A stretch of 29,792 bases of DNA, taken from assembly GCA_046861385.1 (NCBI GenBank), contig JBHHTW010000028.1, forward strand, positions 1 through 29,792. Direction: 5' to 3'. Shown piece after piece: positions 1 to 9,407 of the stretch. The notes under the pieces are model-generated. The model was not told where the DNA came from. It was given only the letters and a program-made list of their open reading frames with translations, and did not search any database. Origin of the DNA: Fidelibacterota bacterium. Lineage in GTDB: Bacteria > Fidelibacterota > Marinisomatia > Marinisomatales > TCS55. The position numbers were made by a program, and so were the translations under genes. Every line of letters begins with the position of its first letter. The stretch's first letter is position 1.

Positions 1-25
1 GCAATATATAAACCTGAAACATTTG

Positions 26-100
26 TCGGGGTGAGAGGATTTGAACCTCCGACCTCGTCGTCCCGAACGACGCGCGCTAACCGGGCTGCGCTACACCCCG
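26..100 (-). tRNA. tRNA-Pro(CGG)
   Basis: Reverse complement CGGGGTGTAGCGCAGCCCGGTTAGCGCG-CGTCG TT CGG GA CGACG-AGGTCGGAGGTTCAAATCCTCTCACCCCGA folds as a cloverleaf; anticodon CGG; GGTTCAAATCC T-arm; CCA not encoded. Confidence 0.97.
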
Positions 101-151
101 AAATGGTGGAGAATTTATTATGTTTATTAAAATGAATGAATGGTTTATTAT

Positions 152-763
152 TCAGAAAAGATACTTTATGAAGAAAAATCCGCCAATAAAAAGTATGGCG
201 AATATGAGTGTTAAAAGATTGAAGTATTTATCAATGAAAGCCGTTATTGGTTTTCCAAATTTCCAAATTAAACCTGCTACCAGAAAAAACCTGGCTGTTC
301 GACTAGCAGCAGATGCAATTAAAAACAGGATTATATTTATATTAAAAGCCCCAGCGGATATTGTAAAAATTTTGTATGGAATCGGTGTAAATCCTGCCGT
401 GAAGATTATCAAAAAACCATATTCAGAATATTGCTTTTGAATTGACATAAATAAATCTTCAGTAAATCCTGGAATATTATTGAAGAAAAAATGCGCCACT
501 CCTGAATAAGCACTTCCCTCCCACCATAAATAATGACCAATACTATATCCAAATAATCCGCCGGCAATACTTGCAATACTGCATATAAGCGCAAACGAAA
601 ATGATTTTTTTCTAACACCTAATGCAAGGGCAATTAATAGTACATCCGGTGGGATGGGAAAAAATGAAGATTCTGCAAATGCCAGGAAAAATAAAGCCAT
701 TGGTCCATAAGGTGTTTCCGCCCAATGCAAAACCCAATCGTATAATTTTCTAATCATATTCAT
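152..763 (-). CDS. DedA/YqaA (SNARE-associated) family membrane protein
   Basis: Motifs AFAESSFFPIPPD and AGFTPIPYKIFTISAG; multiple TM segments. Start placed at ATG 763 (ATGA overlap with upstream stop) rather than TTG 769. Confidence 0.88.
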   Translation of the reverse strand: MNMIRKLYDWVLHWAETPYGPMALFFLAFAESSFFPIPPDVLLIALALGVRKKSFSFALICSIASIAGGLFGYSIGHYLWWEGSAYSGVAHFFFNNIPGFTEDLFMSIQKQYSEYGFLIIFTAGFTPIPYKIFTISAGAFNINIILFLIASAASRTARFFLVAGLIWKFGKPITAFIDKYFNLLTLIFAILFIGGFFFIKYLF

Positions 764-1419
764 GTCCAAAAAAAGCTTTTAAACCAGAGTTTTATGAATT
801 TTATTGTATCGCTGAAATGATTCATTGCAGAAGGTTGATCTTGGTATATTGTTGGTATCTTGATGTGATTGATTTTCCATCCAATTAGTGAGGACTTTAT
901 TAAAAACTCACTTTCATAATGGAATCCGTTTTCGTTGCACGTTAATTGATGTAAAATATCCGATTTAAAAGCCCGATAACCGCATTGTGAATCTTTAATT
1001 ACATTTCCACTGCGAACTGAAATGAGTAAACTGGTCATAAAATTTGAAAATTGTCTTAATAGCGGCATCGATTTTCGATTAAAACGATATCCGAGTAATA
1101 TTGTTTTCTCGGGTATGTGATTAAAAATATTCAATAATTCCGGTGGATGTTGAAGATCTATATCAATTGTTATTACAGAGTCACCTTTCCTTTTTTTAAT
1201 TATATTGCACCCTGATTTTATGGATGAGCCTTTCCCTTGGTTCGTTTTATGAGTAATTACAAAGAAGTTATTTTTATTAAATATTTCTTCTGATTTATCA
1301 TTACTTCCGTCATTGATGAAAATAAGATCCTCGCGCCATTTATGATCGATTCTTTCAATAAATGTTTCAATATATTGCTGCCCATTAAATACAGGGACAA
1401 TGATAAAGGTTCGGGACAT
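760..1419 (-). CDS. Glycosyltransferase family 2 (DPM1/polyprenol-phosphate glycosyltransferase-like)
   Basis: IIVPVFN, INDGSND, NQGKG, DxD (DIDLQH), DSQCGYRAF motifs. Confidence 0.9.
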   Translation of the reverse strand: MSRTFIIVPVFNGQQYIETFIERIDHKWREDLIFINDGSNDKSEEIFNKNNFFVITHKTNQGKGSSIKSGCNIIKKRKGDSVITIDIDLQHPPELLNIFNHIPEKTILLGYRFNRKSMPLLRQFSNFMTSLLISVRSGNVIKDSQCGYRAFKSDILHQLTCNENGFHYESEFLIKSSLIGWKINHIKIPTIYQDQPSAMNHFSDTIKFIKLWFKSFFWT

Positions 1420-2355
1420 CTATTTGGAGAAAACACCAATGGCGGACATTACTTCACGTTGAGTGGCAAAACCTGCCGGTTTATTTAACAGTCTCCCGTT
1501 TACAACAAGAGCGCTTGAGCCACCACCATCAAGATTGATTGCTTCTTCGCAGCCCAAGTCGTCCATGATGATTGCTAGTTCAATTAAGTCAACTCCCCTG
1601 CTGCCAGGTTGTCTCCCATCTACCACAAGAAATATTTGTTTACCATTTTTTGTGTACCCAGCTGCGGATCGAGGATGAGTTTCAGGGATTCTTGTCCAGA
1701 AAAAAGCTTCTTCAGTATCAGTTATCCGACGATGACCATTATGGACAAGCACCGGGCCTGCTTGTAAACCGGATTCAACATCCCAATAGGATGACTGGGT
1801 AAAATTTATCTCCTGAATGGGATTTTTCGGTGCATTATTCAACGGGTCCTTCCATTCAAATAAAGAATCATTACGACCAGCAACCCACGCAATATCCATA
1901 TCACCAGTCTTATTAAAACCTATTGCACTTCTTGTAACGTAATATCGTTTTTCCCTCTTCAGAAGAGAGGATAATGGATTTGAAATGATTTTACCGTTCT
2001 GCATAACCAGTCCAACATGTTCAGACGGTGTTTTATGCATCAAAAAATATCCACCATTTATGACAACAATTGCATTGACTCTTTCGGCAAACTGACTGGG
2101 TGTTTCTCTTCGGTCGCTGTCTGAGGATATTAGGACATCTGTTGCTATATTTGGATTTTTAGTGTCCAGTTCTACATACCAAGCATTAATGGGAATTTGT
2201 TTATTTCGTCCTTCAAAAACTCGGATACCACCATGTAGATCTGGAAATTCAGCAGTTATATTTTTCCAGCTCATTGGGATACTGCGATAAGACTGGATTT
2301 TTTCGCATGAAAACAGTAAAAATGGAATTATTATTAAAATTTTCTTATTATTCAT
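1420..2355 (-). CDS. Phosphodiester glycosidase (NAGPA/DUF2233) family lipoprotein
   Basis: Lipobox LFSC after a K-rich/hydrophobic N-terminus; INGGYF, HPRSAAG, VVDGRQ, AINLDGGGSS motifs. Confidence 0.88.
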   Translation of the reverse strand: MNNKKILIIIPFLLFSCEKIQSYRSIPMSWKNITAEFPDLHGGIRVFEGRNKQIPINAWYVELDTKNPNIATDVLISSDSDRRETPSQFAERVNAIVVINGGYFLMHKTPSEHVGLVMQNGKIISNPLSSLLKREKRYYVTRSAIGFNKTGDMDIAWVAGRNDSLFEWKDPLNNAPKNPIQEINFTQSSYWDVESGLQAGPVLVHNGHRRITDTEEAFFWTRIPETHPRSAAGYTKNGKQIFLVVDGRQPGSRGVDLIELAIIMDDLGCEEAINLDGGGSSALVVNGRLLNKPAGFATQREVMSAIGVFSK

Positions 2356-3011
2356 TCAGCAACCATCGTGAAAAATGCTGTATCTAAAGCGGCTTTTGTT
2401 AGCTCATCTTTCAATACAACATACCACTGCCCTACTTGAGCATTTTTAATTGTTTTGTATGTCCAGGAACGCCAATGAACCGACCTGCCAATATTTACAG
2501 GAATTGCTTCAATATATTGATTATTAAAATACCACTCATACAAAATAGTTCTGGCGCCGGTAATATTTCGAATCCCAGAATAACAATACACTTTTTCAAT
2601 ATCTATCGGGAATTCTTTACTAATCTTGACAGGTTTTCGAACGCTATCGATAATAATTTCGCAAAATAGAAAGGTATTAACGTGGAGATCTGGTAAAGTT
2701 TGAGTAGGTGATTCTTCAATTTTATTTGTGTTCAGTTTGAGGTTGCTTCTACCGGTATCCATTGTGATTTCAACTGGTTGAACATGTTCATCTATATCGT
2801 CGATGACCTCCGGTTCGATCAATTCTGGGGAAGATACTATATTTTCTACTAGAATTTCATTGAATGTAATGGCTGTGTAAGTAATATATACCACATAAAC
2901 GATAAATAATGGAATGATATATTTATCAAGTTTTTGCCAAAGTGCAAAAACCAATAGCACCAAAAATATTATAGTAATCGGAAGAAATGCCGGGTCTTGA
3001 AAAATACTCAT
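2352..3011 (-). CDS. Membrane-anchored protein with C-terminal DUF2914-like domain
   Basis: Two N-terminal hydrophobic helices; C-terminal VYCYS...YEWY...HWRSWTYK...GQWYV pattern resembling DUF2914. Confidence 0.65.
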   Translation of the reverse strand: MSIFQDPAFLPITIIFLVLLVFALWQKLDKYIIPLFIVYVVYITYTAITFNEILVENIVSSPELIEPEVIDDIDEHVQPVEITMDTGRSNLKLNTNKIEESPTQTLPDLHVNTFLFCEIIIDSVRKPVKISKEFPIDIEKVYCYSGIRNITGARTILYEWYFNNQYIEAIPVNIGRSVHWRSWTYKTIKNAQVGQWYVVLKDELTKAALDTAFFTMVAE

Positions 3012-3034
3012 GAAAATTATGAATTTCTATTTTA

Positions 3035-3682
3035 TTAATTATTAGAACAATATTGTAAAAAGGAGTATAAAATACTATATCCGAAATCAAAACTAAATTG
3101 TTCTGTCACTTTTCGTTTCATTAAAAAATATTTTGTTGCTTCAATGTGCGGTTGGAAACCCCATATTGGTTTGTTCCTTGCTGCAATGCCGTCAATTTTT
3201 ACCATGTCACTTACCGCAATAATATCAAAATCATTTGGGCATTCCACAACTCCTTCCATATGTGAATAAGCTAAATAGCCGGATTGATTATGATTCCATA
3301 AGTGATTTGAAACCAAATCCACCATTCGAATTCCCCTCTTTATTTCGCCATTCCACAGAGATTCAACTTTTCCTCCGAACATATGCGCCAATAATTGATG
3401 TCCATAACATATTCCCAGAATTGGGATTAATTTCTCTGATGCTTCAAGGATAAAGTTTTGAAGCGGCATTTGCCAATCATTTTTATCATTGACCGATGCA
3501 ACGCTTCCAAGTAATATAATACCGGCAGTTTGTCCATTGACATTTTCCATACTATTGGTTCCGTAAAGACCCGGGAAATGAATTGATATGGGTAAATCAG
3601 AGCGAATCGCTATATTATTAATTGCGTTAATCTCCGGGTCAATTAAAGAAGGATCGATGATCATTATTTGTCTAAAATGCAT
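3035..3682 (-). CDS. Class I glutamine amidotransferase-like protein (stand-alone GATase)
   Basis: GIILLGS, nucleophile elbow GICYGHQ, C-terminal QPHIE (H-x-E). Confidence 0.85.
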   Translation of the reverse strand: MHFRQIMIIDPSLIDPEINAINNIAIRSDLPISIHFPGLYGTNSMENVNGQTAGIILLGSVASVNDKNDWQMPLQNFILEASEKLIPILGICYGHQLLAHMFGGKVESLWNGEIKRGIRMVDLVSNHLWNHNQSGYLAYSHMEGVVECPNDFDIIAVSDMVKIDGIAARNKPIWGFQPHIEATKYFLMKRKVTEQFSFDFGYSILYSFLQYCSNN

Positions 3683-3691
3683 AGAAGAAGA

Positions 3692-3723
3692 TAAAAAGCC
3701 TTTCTCAATAAGAAAAAGGCTTC
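3692..3723 (-). terminator. Probable intrinsic terminator after tRNA-Pro(GGG)
   Basis: Minus strand AAGCCTTT...AAAGGCTT hairpin followed by a T-run. Confidence 0.6.
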
Positions 3724-3733
3724 ATTTAGAATG

Positions 3734-3807
3734 TCGGAGCGACAGGATTTGAACCTGCGACCCCTGCAACCCCATTGCAGTGCGCTACCGGGCTACGCCA
3801 CGCTCCG
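3734..3807 (-). tRNA. tRNA-Pro(GGG)
   Basis: CGGAGCGTGGCGTAGCCCGGTAGCGCA-CTGCA AT GGG GT TGCAG-GGGTCGCAGGTTCAAATCCTGTCGCTCCGA; anticodon GGG; CCA not encoded. Confidence 0.97.
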
Positions 3808-4179
3808 TTAATGCTGATGTAAAAAATCTACTAATGCTTCAAGTTCCCGCTTAACTTTAATCAATACTTCATTTGAAGTTTCATTTAAATTTGTACTTTC
3901 AGTCTCTTCCGTAACTGTATCGAGCGCCTCATGGGTTGATAACTGGTTTTTGGCTCCTTTTATTGTAAACTTTCGATTATAGAGCAGATCTTTAATTAAT
4001 AAGATTGAATCGATATCTTTTTGTCTATACGTTCGATTTCCAGCACGATTCTTTGGGGGGGAAATCTGTCTAAATTCGGTTTCCCAATATCTGAGTACAT
4101 AGGGTTTCAAGCCAGTTATTGCACTGACTTCGCCAATGGAATAATATAATTTCTTAATATTTTTCGGGTCGGTTCTCAT
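3808..4179 (-). CDS. MerR-family HTH transcriptional regulator (short type)
   Basis: KLYYSIGEVS...KPYVLRYWETEF...PPKNRAGNRTY...LLYNRKFTIKGAK, the MerR subtype often found beside tRNA-Pro. Confidence 0.9.
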   Translation of the reverse strand: MRTDPKNIKKLYYSIGEVSAITGLKPYVLRYWETEFRQISPPKNRAGNRTYRQKDIDSILLIKDLLYNRKFTIKGAKNQLSTHEALDTVTEETESTNLNETSNEVLIKVKRELEALVDFLHQH

Positions 4180-4189
4180 TTGATTTCTT

Positions 4190-4235
4190 ATTTAAAGTAA
4201 TACTTTAAATTAATGTAGAGAGCCAGACGGATCAA
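4190..4235 (-). promoter_or_regulatory. Putative sigma70 promoter of merR-tRNA-Pro with overlapping 21-bp palindrome
   Basis: TTGATC (4230-4235)-17 nt-TAATTT (4207-4212); perfect inverted repeat ATTTAAAGTA-A-TACTTTAAAT at 4190-4210. Confidence 0.55.
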
Positions 4236-4245
4236 ATAGATTAAA

Positions 4246-5364
4246 TTAATTCTTTAATGCATCCATCGGAGTTGTGAATTCTAATCCAAAAGCATCCGAT
4301 ACGCCTTTATGAGTTACCAATCCTTTAAACATGTTTAGCCCGTAGAGAAGCGATTCATCATTCTGTAGGGCATGAGTAATCCCGTTATTGGCAAGTATTT
4401 GAATGTATGGATTGGTTGCATTTGTTAATGCTGTTGTGGATGTATAAGGAACCGCACCAGGCATGTTGGCAACACAATAATGAATAATACCATCCACTTC
4501 ATAGATGGGATCATCATGAGTCGTCGGCCTACACGTCTCAATGCAGCCACCTTGATCCACGGCAACGTCGACGATAACAGATCCGGGATTCATTAAACTT
4601 AGCATGTCTCTTGTTACCAGGTTCGGTGCTTTTGCACCTGGAATTAATACGGCTCCAATTAAAAGGTCAGTTCTTGAGAGAATTTCACGAATATTGTATT
4701 GATTGCTATAAACAGTGTGAACATTTTTTGGCATAACCTCATCTAAATACCGAAGACGGTTCAAATTGATATCCATTATATAAACATTTGCTCCAAGACC
4801 GGAAGCAATATGAGCTGCGTTTGTTCCAACGATACCACCGCCCAAAATTGTCACAGATGCAGGTTCCACTCCGGGAACTCCACCTAAAAGAATTCCTTTT
4901 CCGCCATGATATTTTTCCAGATATTTTGCACCTTCCTGCACAGCCATCCGACCGGCCACTTCGCTCATGGGAATCAATAGTGGAAGGGATTTATCCTCAA
5001 GCATGATTGTTTCATATGCAATTGCAGTTGCGCCAGTATCCCTGAAACTTTTTGTTAATATCTCGTCAGCAGCAAAATGGAAATAGGTAAACATAGTTAA
5101 GTCAGAATGACACATGACAACTTCATTAGGTTGTGGTTCTTTGACTTTAACAATCAATTCCGCTTGCTCAAAGATTTCTTTTGGTGTGTCCATTATCTTA
5201 CAGCCAACAGATTCATAATCAAGATCAGAAAAACCGCTGGATTCGCCAGCGGTTTTTTCTATTAAAACATCATGACCGGATCGGTGGAGTTCTAAAGCGA
5301 CATGAGGGGTTAATGCAATTCGATTTTCATGTGCCTTTATCTCTTTTAAAGTTCCGATAATCAT
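4246..5364 (-). CDS. ald: Alanine dehydrogenase
   Basis: MIIGTLKEIKAHENRIALTP, KVKEP, PMSEVAGR, GGGIVG, DVAVDQGG, YCVANMPGAVP. Start ATG 5364 with AAGGAG RBS (372 aa), not the longer ORF-track start. Confidence 0.96.
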   Translation of the reverse strand: MIIGTLKEIKAHENRIALTPHVALELHRSGHDVLIEKTAGESSGFSDLDYESVGCKIMDTPKEIFEQAELIVKVKEPQPNEVVMCHSDLTMFTYFHFAADEILTKSFRDTGATAIAYETIMLEDKSLPLLIPMSEVAGRMAVQEGAKYLEKYHGGKGILLGGVPGVEPASVTILGGGIVGTNAAHIASGLGANVYIMDINLNRLRYLDEVMPKNVHTVYSNQYNIREILSRTDLLIGAVLIPGAKAPNLVTRDMLSLMNPGSVIVDVAVDQGGCIETCRPTTHDDPIYEVDGIIHYCVANMPGAVPYTSTTALTNATNPYIQILANNGITHALQNDESLLYGLNMFKGLVTHKGVSDAFGLEFTTPMDALKN

Positions 5365-5377
5365 ATATGACTCCTTA

Positions 5378-7552
5378 TTAGAATCGTTTTTTCCGGAATG
5401 GACGACGCCCCTTATCTCTTCCATGGTTACGATCACTTCTATCGTGCCGTTCTCTCTTGGGTCGTTCAACCCACCCTTCAGGTTTTGGCAGGAGTGCTTT
5501 TCGACTGAAGTCAAGTCGACCCTGATCATCAATTTTGATGAGTTTCACTCGAACATTATCGCCAGGTTGTAATACATCTTCCACTTTTTCAGTTCTATTC
5601 CAATCAATTTCTGATATGTGAACCAGACCTTCTCGACCGGGTGCGAATTCAACAAATGCACCAAATGTCATCAGACGGGATACAATTGCATCAAATTCCT
5701 GTCCTTCTTCCGGTTCAAAAGTGATGGCTTTTACAAGTTCGATTGCATCATTACATTTATCAACATTTGAACCAGCAACTGTTACATTACCATCATCATC
5801 AACATTGATTTCACATTCAGTATCCTCAATGATTTTTTTGATATTTTTTCCACCAGGCCCAATCAAGGCTCCAATTTTTTCAGGATTAATTGTGATTGAG
5901 AAAATCCGAGGAGCATATTTTGAGATTTCATTTGGTTTGGGCAACGCTTCGTTCATCAAATTAAGAATGTGCAGACGTCCTTCTCGAGCTTGCGCTAAAG
6001 CTTGCTCCAGTAAGTCAAAAGATAGTCCTTCAATTTTTAGATCTAATTGAATGGCATTAATACCATCTGCTGTTCCTGCAATTTTAAAATCCATATCACC
6101 AAGATGATCTTCAGCACCCAAGATATCGCTTAAAATTGCATGACGTTTTCCATCCGTAATCAAGCCCATCGCAATTCCAGCTACATGACTTTTTACCGGT
6201 GCACCGGCATTCATCAGAGATAAGGAGCCACCACAAACAGATGCCATGGAAGACGACCCGTTGGATTCCATAATTTCAGATACAATTCGAATCGTGTATG
6301 GAAAATCATCATAATCCGGCAATACTGGTTTAATGGCTCGTTGCGCTAAATTCCCATGACCAATTTCACGGCGACTTGTAAATCCAATGCGACCCACTTC
6401 CCCAACGCAATAAGGAGGGAAATTGTAATGAAGATAATAACTCTTTTTATAATCTTCATCCATACTGTCAATAATCAACTCCGAACTTTTAGATCCTAAG
6501 GTTGTTACAACCAACGCCTGTGTTTCTCCGCGGGTAAATAATGCTGAACCGTGTGTTCGATTTAAAAGACCCACATCGATGGATATCGGACGAATTTCGG
6601 TCGTTGAACGTCCATCGCTTCTTTTACCTGTTGATAGAACCTGTTCACGAAAAGCATTTTTAAACTGATCGTCAATAATAGACTTAATCGTTTTTTGTTC
6701 ATCAGGGAAAGATTCATCTAAAGCTTCGAGAATTGCATTAGTCATTGACTCTTTAGTATTTGCTCTTTCAAGTTTGTCTGCTATTTTAACGATATCAGAG
6801 ATTTGACTTCCAATTTTTTCATCAATAGCGGTAACTAACGCTTTATCCGGTTCAGGATAGACAAACTCAACCTTTTGGACATCCATTTCTGATAACAATT
6901 CATTTTGGAGGTCAATGATTTCTTTAATCACCACATGGGCATGTTTTAATGCCTCTAATATTTCAGATTCACTAGCTCCATTAGCCTCACCCTCAACCAT
7001 TACAACTGTTTCTTGATTTCCTGAAACAATCATTTCCATATCGGAATCTTGTAAATCTGTACGTGTTGGATTGATGACGAATTTGTCATGTATTCTTCCA
7101 ACTCGAACGGTTGCAATCGGACCATTCCAGGGGATGGTTGATGTCATTAACGCTGCAGATGCTCCAACACCTGAAAGCGTATCAGCCATATTTTCACCAT
7201 CACTCTGTAAAACCGTTATGATGACTTGGACTTCATTTTTAAAACCCTTTGGAAATAAGGGACGTATGGGTCGATCGGTTAACCGACTGGTTAATACCTC
7301 ATGTTCAGCAGGTCTTGCTTCTCTTTTGAAAAAACCACCGGGTATTTTTCCACCAGCATAATGTTTTTCACGATATTCCACCTGGAGTGGAAAAAAATCA
7401 ATACCTTCTCTAGGTTCTTTGGACGCATTTACTGCAGCCAATATTACAGTTTCACCATAGGTTACCATTACGGAACCATTACTTTGACGAGCTACTTTGC
7501 CCGTCTCTAATCGCATTAATTTTCCTGCAATTTCTCTTTCTTTACTTATCAT
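5378..7552 (-). CDS. pnp: Polyribonucleotide nucleotidyltransferase (PNPase)
   Basis: FFPLQVEYRE, GGFFKRE, FTRGETQ, RREIGHG, SNGSSSMAS, GDMDFK; KH and S1 domains. Confidence 0.98.
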   Translation of the reverse strand: MISKEREIAGKLMRLETGKVARQSNGSVMVTYGETVILAAVNASKEPREGIDFFPLQVEYREKHYAGGKIPGGFFKREARPAEHEVLTSRLTDRPIRPLFPKGFKNEVQVIITVLQSDGENMADTLSGVGASAALMTSTIPWNGPIATVRVGRIHDKFVINPTRTDLQDSDMEMIVSGNQETVVMVEGEANGASESEILEALKHAHVVIKEIIDLQNELLSEMDVQKVEFVYPEPDKALVTAIDEKIGSQISDIVKIADKLERANTKESMTNAILEALDESFPDEQKTIKSIIDDQFKNAFREQVLSTGKRSDGRSTTEIRPISIDVGLLNRTHGSALFTRGETQALVVTTLGSKSSELIIDSMDEDYKKSYYLHYNFPPYCVGEVGRIGFTSRREIGHGNLAQRAIKPVLPDYDDFPYTIRIVSEIMESNGSSSMASVCGGSLSLMNAGAPVKSHVAGIAMGLITDGKRHAILSDILGAEDHLGDMDFKIAGTADGINAIQLDLKIEGLSFDLLEQALAQAREGRLHILNLMNEALPKPNEISKYAPRIFSITINPEKIGALIGPGGKNIKKIIEDTECEINVDDDGNVTVAGSNVDKCNDAIELVKAITFEPEEGQEFDAIVSRLMTFGAFVEFAPGREGLVHISEIDWNRTEKVEDVLQPGDNVRVKLIKIDDQGRLDFSRKALLPKPEGWVERPKRERHDRSDRNHGRDKGRRPFRKKRF

Positions 7553-7561
7553 TCTATTTAC

Positions 7562-7831
7562 TTATCCTCTTATTTTCAATTCCTTTACCAACTCCACATA
7601 ACCTTCAGGACTTCTGCGACGCAAGTATTTCATTAGTTTCTTTCTTTTTGCAACCATCATAACCAGTCCTCGACGGGAATGATGATCTTTTTTATTATCT
7701 TTTGCATGTTCAGTTAACTCACGAATGCGCTTGGTCAGAATCGATATCTGCACCTCCGGCGAACCGGTATCCGTTTTATGTTTTCCATGCTTTTTCAGTA
7801 TTTCTGATTTTTCTTCTTTTGTTATAGACAT
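7562..7831 (-). CDS. rpsO: 30S ribosomal protein S15
   Basis: DTGSPEVQI...KDHHSRRGL; 89 aa; AGGAG RBS. Confidence 0.98.
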   Translation of the reverse strand: MSITKEEKSEILKKHGKHKTDTGSPEVQISILTKRIRELTEHAKDNKKDHHSRRGLVMMVAKRKKLMKYLRRRSPEGYVELVKELKIRG

Positions 7832-7839
7832 AATATCTC

Positions 7840-8775
7840 CTATAAATATTTTTTCATTAATTCGTTACAATATTGCTTATCATTTTGCAATTGATTTACT
7901 AACTGTTCTGGTGTGTCAAATTTAATTTCATCACGAATCCTCTCGAGAAACTCAATTTCAATTTCTTTATCGTATAAATCATTAAAGTCTTGTGAAATAA
8001 AGTGAATTTCTGCTACAAAATTCTTCTCATCAAACGTTGGTCTAGTTCCTAAATTACACATTCCATACAATGAGTTGCTATTAATCCTTCCTCTACAAAA
8101 ATAGACCCCATTTTTAGGAAATAGTTGATTTTCTTCTACCGGAACAAAATTTGCTGTCGGAAAAGAAAGCCTCCTTCCCCTGCCGGCACCCTTTACCACT
8201 ATTGCTTTAAAACCATAGACCCAACCAAGCTCAAATGACGCTCGTCTGATAAATCCATCCCATATTAATTGTCGTATGTGTGAACTGGAAAAAATAATCA
8301 AATCGTCTTTGACAGCCTTTACAATTTCACATGTGACTTGTTTACTTTGGCAATATTTTTTTAAAAAGTCCGGCGATCCTTCTCTGTTAAATCCGAAATG
8401 ATGATCATATCCGATAATAATATGATTCGGATTAAAATTGCTAACAACTATATCATCCATAAATTTTCTGGGTGTTATAGTTGAAAAATTCTTTGTAAAA
8501 GGAATAACTAATACTACATCAACATATATTTGTTTTAATAAGGATAGTTTTTTATCAATCGACATAAGAAGAGGCAATGCCAAACCTTTGTCTAAAACAT
8601 GCCGTGGATGGGGATCAAATGTGATGACTACAGACTGAACATTTTGTGTTTGTGCTTTAGATACAACTTTTTTGATAATTTCTTGATGACCGCGATGAAG
8701 CCCATCGAAAGAACCAATTGTCACAATCGAATTCCCCTTCTGTTTTATATCGTTAATAGATGTTAAGACTTCCAT
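7840..8775 (-). CDS. ribF: Bifunctional riboflavin kinase/FAD synthetase
   Basis: [41 protein letters not shown]. Confidence 0.96.
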   Translation of the reverse strand: MEVLTSINDIKQKGNSIVTIGSFDGLHRGHQEIIKKVVSKAQTQNVQSVVITFDPHPRHVLDKGLALPLLMSIDKKLSLLKQIYVDVVLVIPFTKNFSTITPRKFMDDIVVSNFNPNHIIIGYDHHFGFNREGSPDFLKKYCQSKQVTCEIVKAVKDDLIIFSSSHIRQLIWDGFIRRASFELGWVYGFKAIVVKGAGRGRRLSFPTANFVPVEENQLFPKNGVYFCRGRINSNSLYGMCNLGTRPTFDEKNFVAEIHFISQDFNDLYDKEIEIEFLERIRDEIKFDTPEQLVNQLQNDKQYCNELMKKYL

Positions 8776-9407
8776 TTTTCCTGAAATTCCTCGATATGTA
8801 GAGCGTCATTAACCACATATTCTCCAACACTAAGACGGGTTAGTTCTATTAAATGTCCGACTGTTCCTAATTTCTCAGAAATATCACTTCCAAGAACTCT
8901 GATATAGGTTCCTTTTGAACATGTTACCTGGAATGTTATCAATGGCGAGTTGTAGCCAATCAAATCTATTGAATTGATATGGATTTTACAGGGATCGCGT
9001 TTTATCTCAATATTTTGACGAGCTAATTTATATAATCGTGTTCCATTTACTTTTTTTGCTGAAAACATTGGTGGTGTTTGCAATTGGTCGCCGAGAAATG
9101 ATTGTAACACGCTATTAATTTTATCTACGGATAAATTTGGTATTTCTTTTTCTGACGTAATACGGCCTTCAATATCCAAAGAATCGGTCTGGATTCCGAG
9201 TTTTATAACAGCCCTGTATTTTTTCTTTGATGACGATATTTCCGCTAACTGTTTTGTGTCTTTTCCCGTGCCCAAAATAAGAACACCTTCTGCAAAAGGA
9301 TCAAGTGTACCTGCGTGTCCGACCTTTTTTTCTTTTGTAATCATTCGGACTTTCTTTACCATTTCAAAAGAAGTCCACCCTCGGGGTTTATACATATTGA
9401 ATATCAT
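8763..9407 (-). CDS. truB: tRNA pseudouridine(55) synthase (short form, no obvious PUA domain)
   Basis: KVGHAGTLDP, PPMFSAKK, CSKGTYIR. Confidence 0.96.
   Translation of the reverse strand: MIFNMYKPRGWTSFEMVKKVRMITKEKKVGHAGTLDPFAEGVLILGTGKDTKQLAEISSSKKKYRAVIKLGIQTDSLDIEGRITSEKEIPNLSVDKINSVLQSFLGDQLQTPPMFSAKKVNGTRLYKLARQNIEIKRDPCKIHINSIDLIGYNSPLITFQVTCSKGTYIRVLGSDISEKLGTVGHLIELTRLSVGEYVVNDALHIEEFQEKWKS

Noticed and set aside
3035-3682. Stand-alone GATase as the PurQ partner of the PurL-like protein
   Set aside because: Motifs are GMP-synthase-like (GICYGHQ) rather than PurQ (GICNGFQ, MMPHPER), and the genes are ~24 kb apart.
26-3807. Genomic island bounded by tRNA-Pro repeats
   Set aside because: Both are complete tRNAs with different anticodons; no integrase, att duplication or obvious compositional shift.
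5365-5532. 56-codon N-terminal extension of Ald overlapping pnp
   Set aside because: Ald homology starts at MIIG (5364) with a strong RBS; the extension is an open alternate frame of pnp.
8763-9407. TruB truncated (pseudogene)
   Set aside because: Catalytic motifs are intact, short PUA-less TruB proteins are common, and the stop overlaps the ribF start normally.
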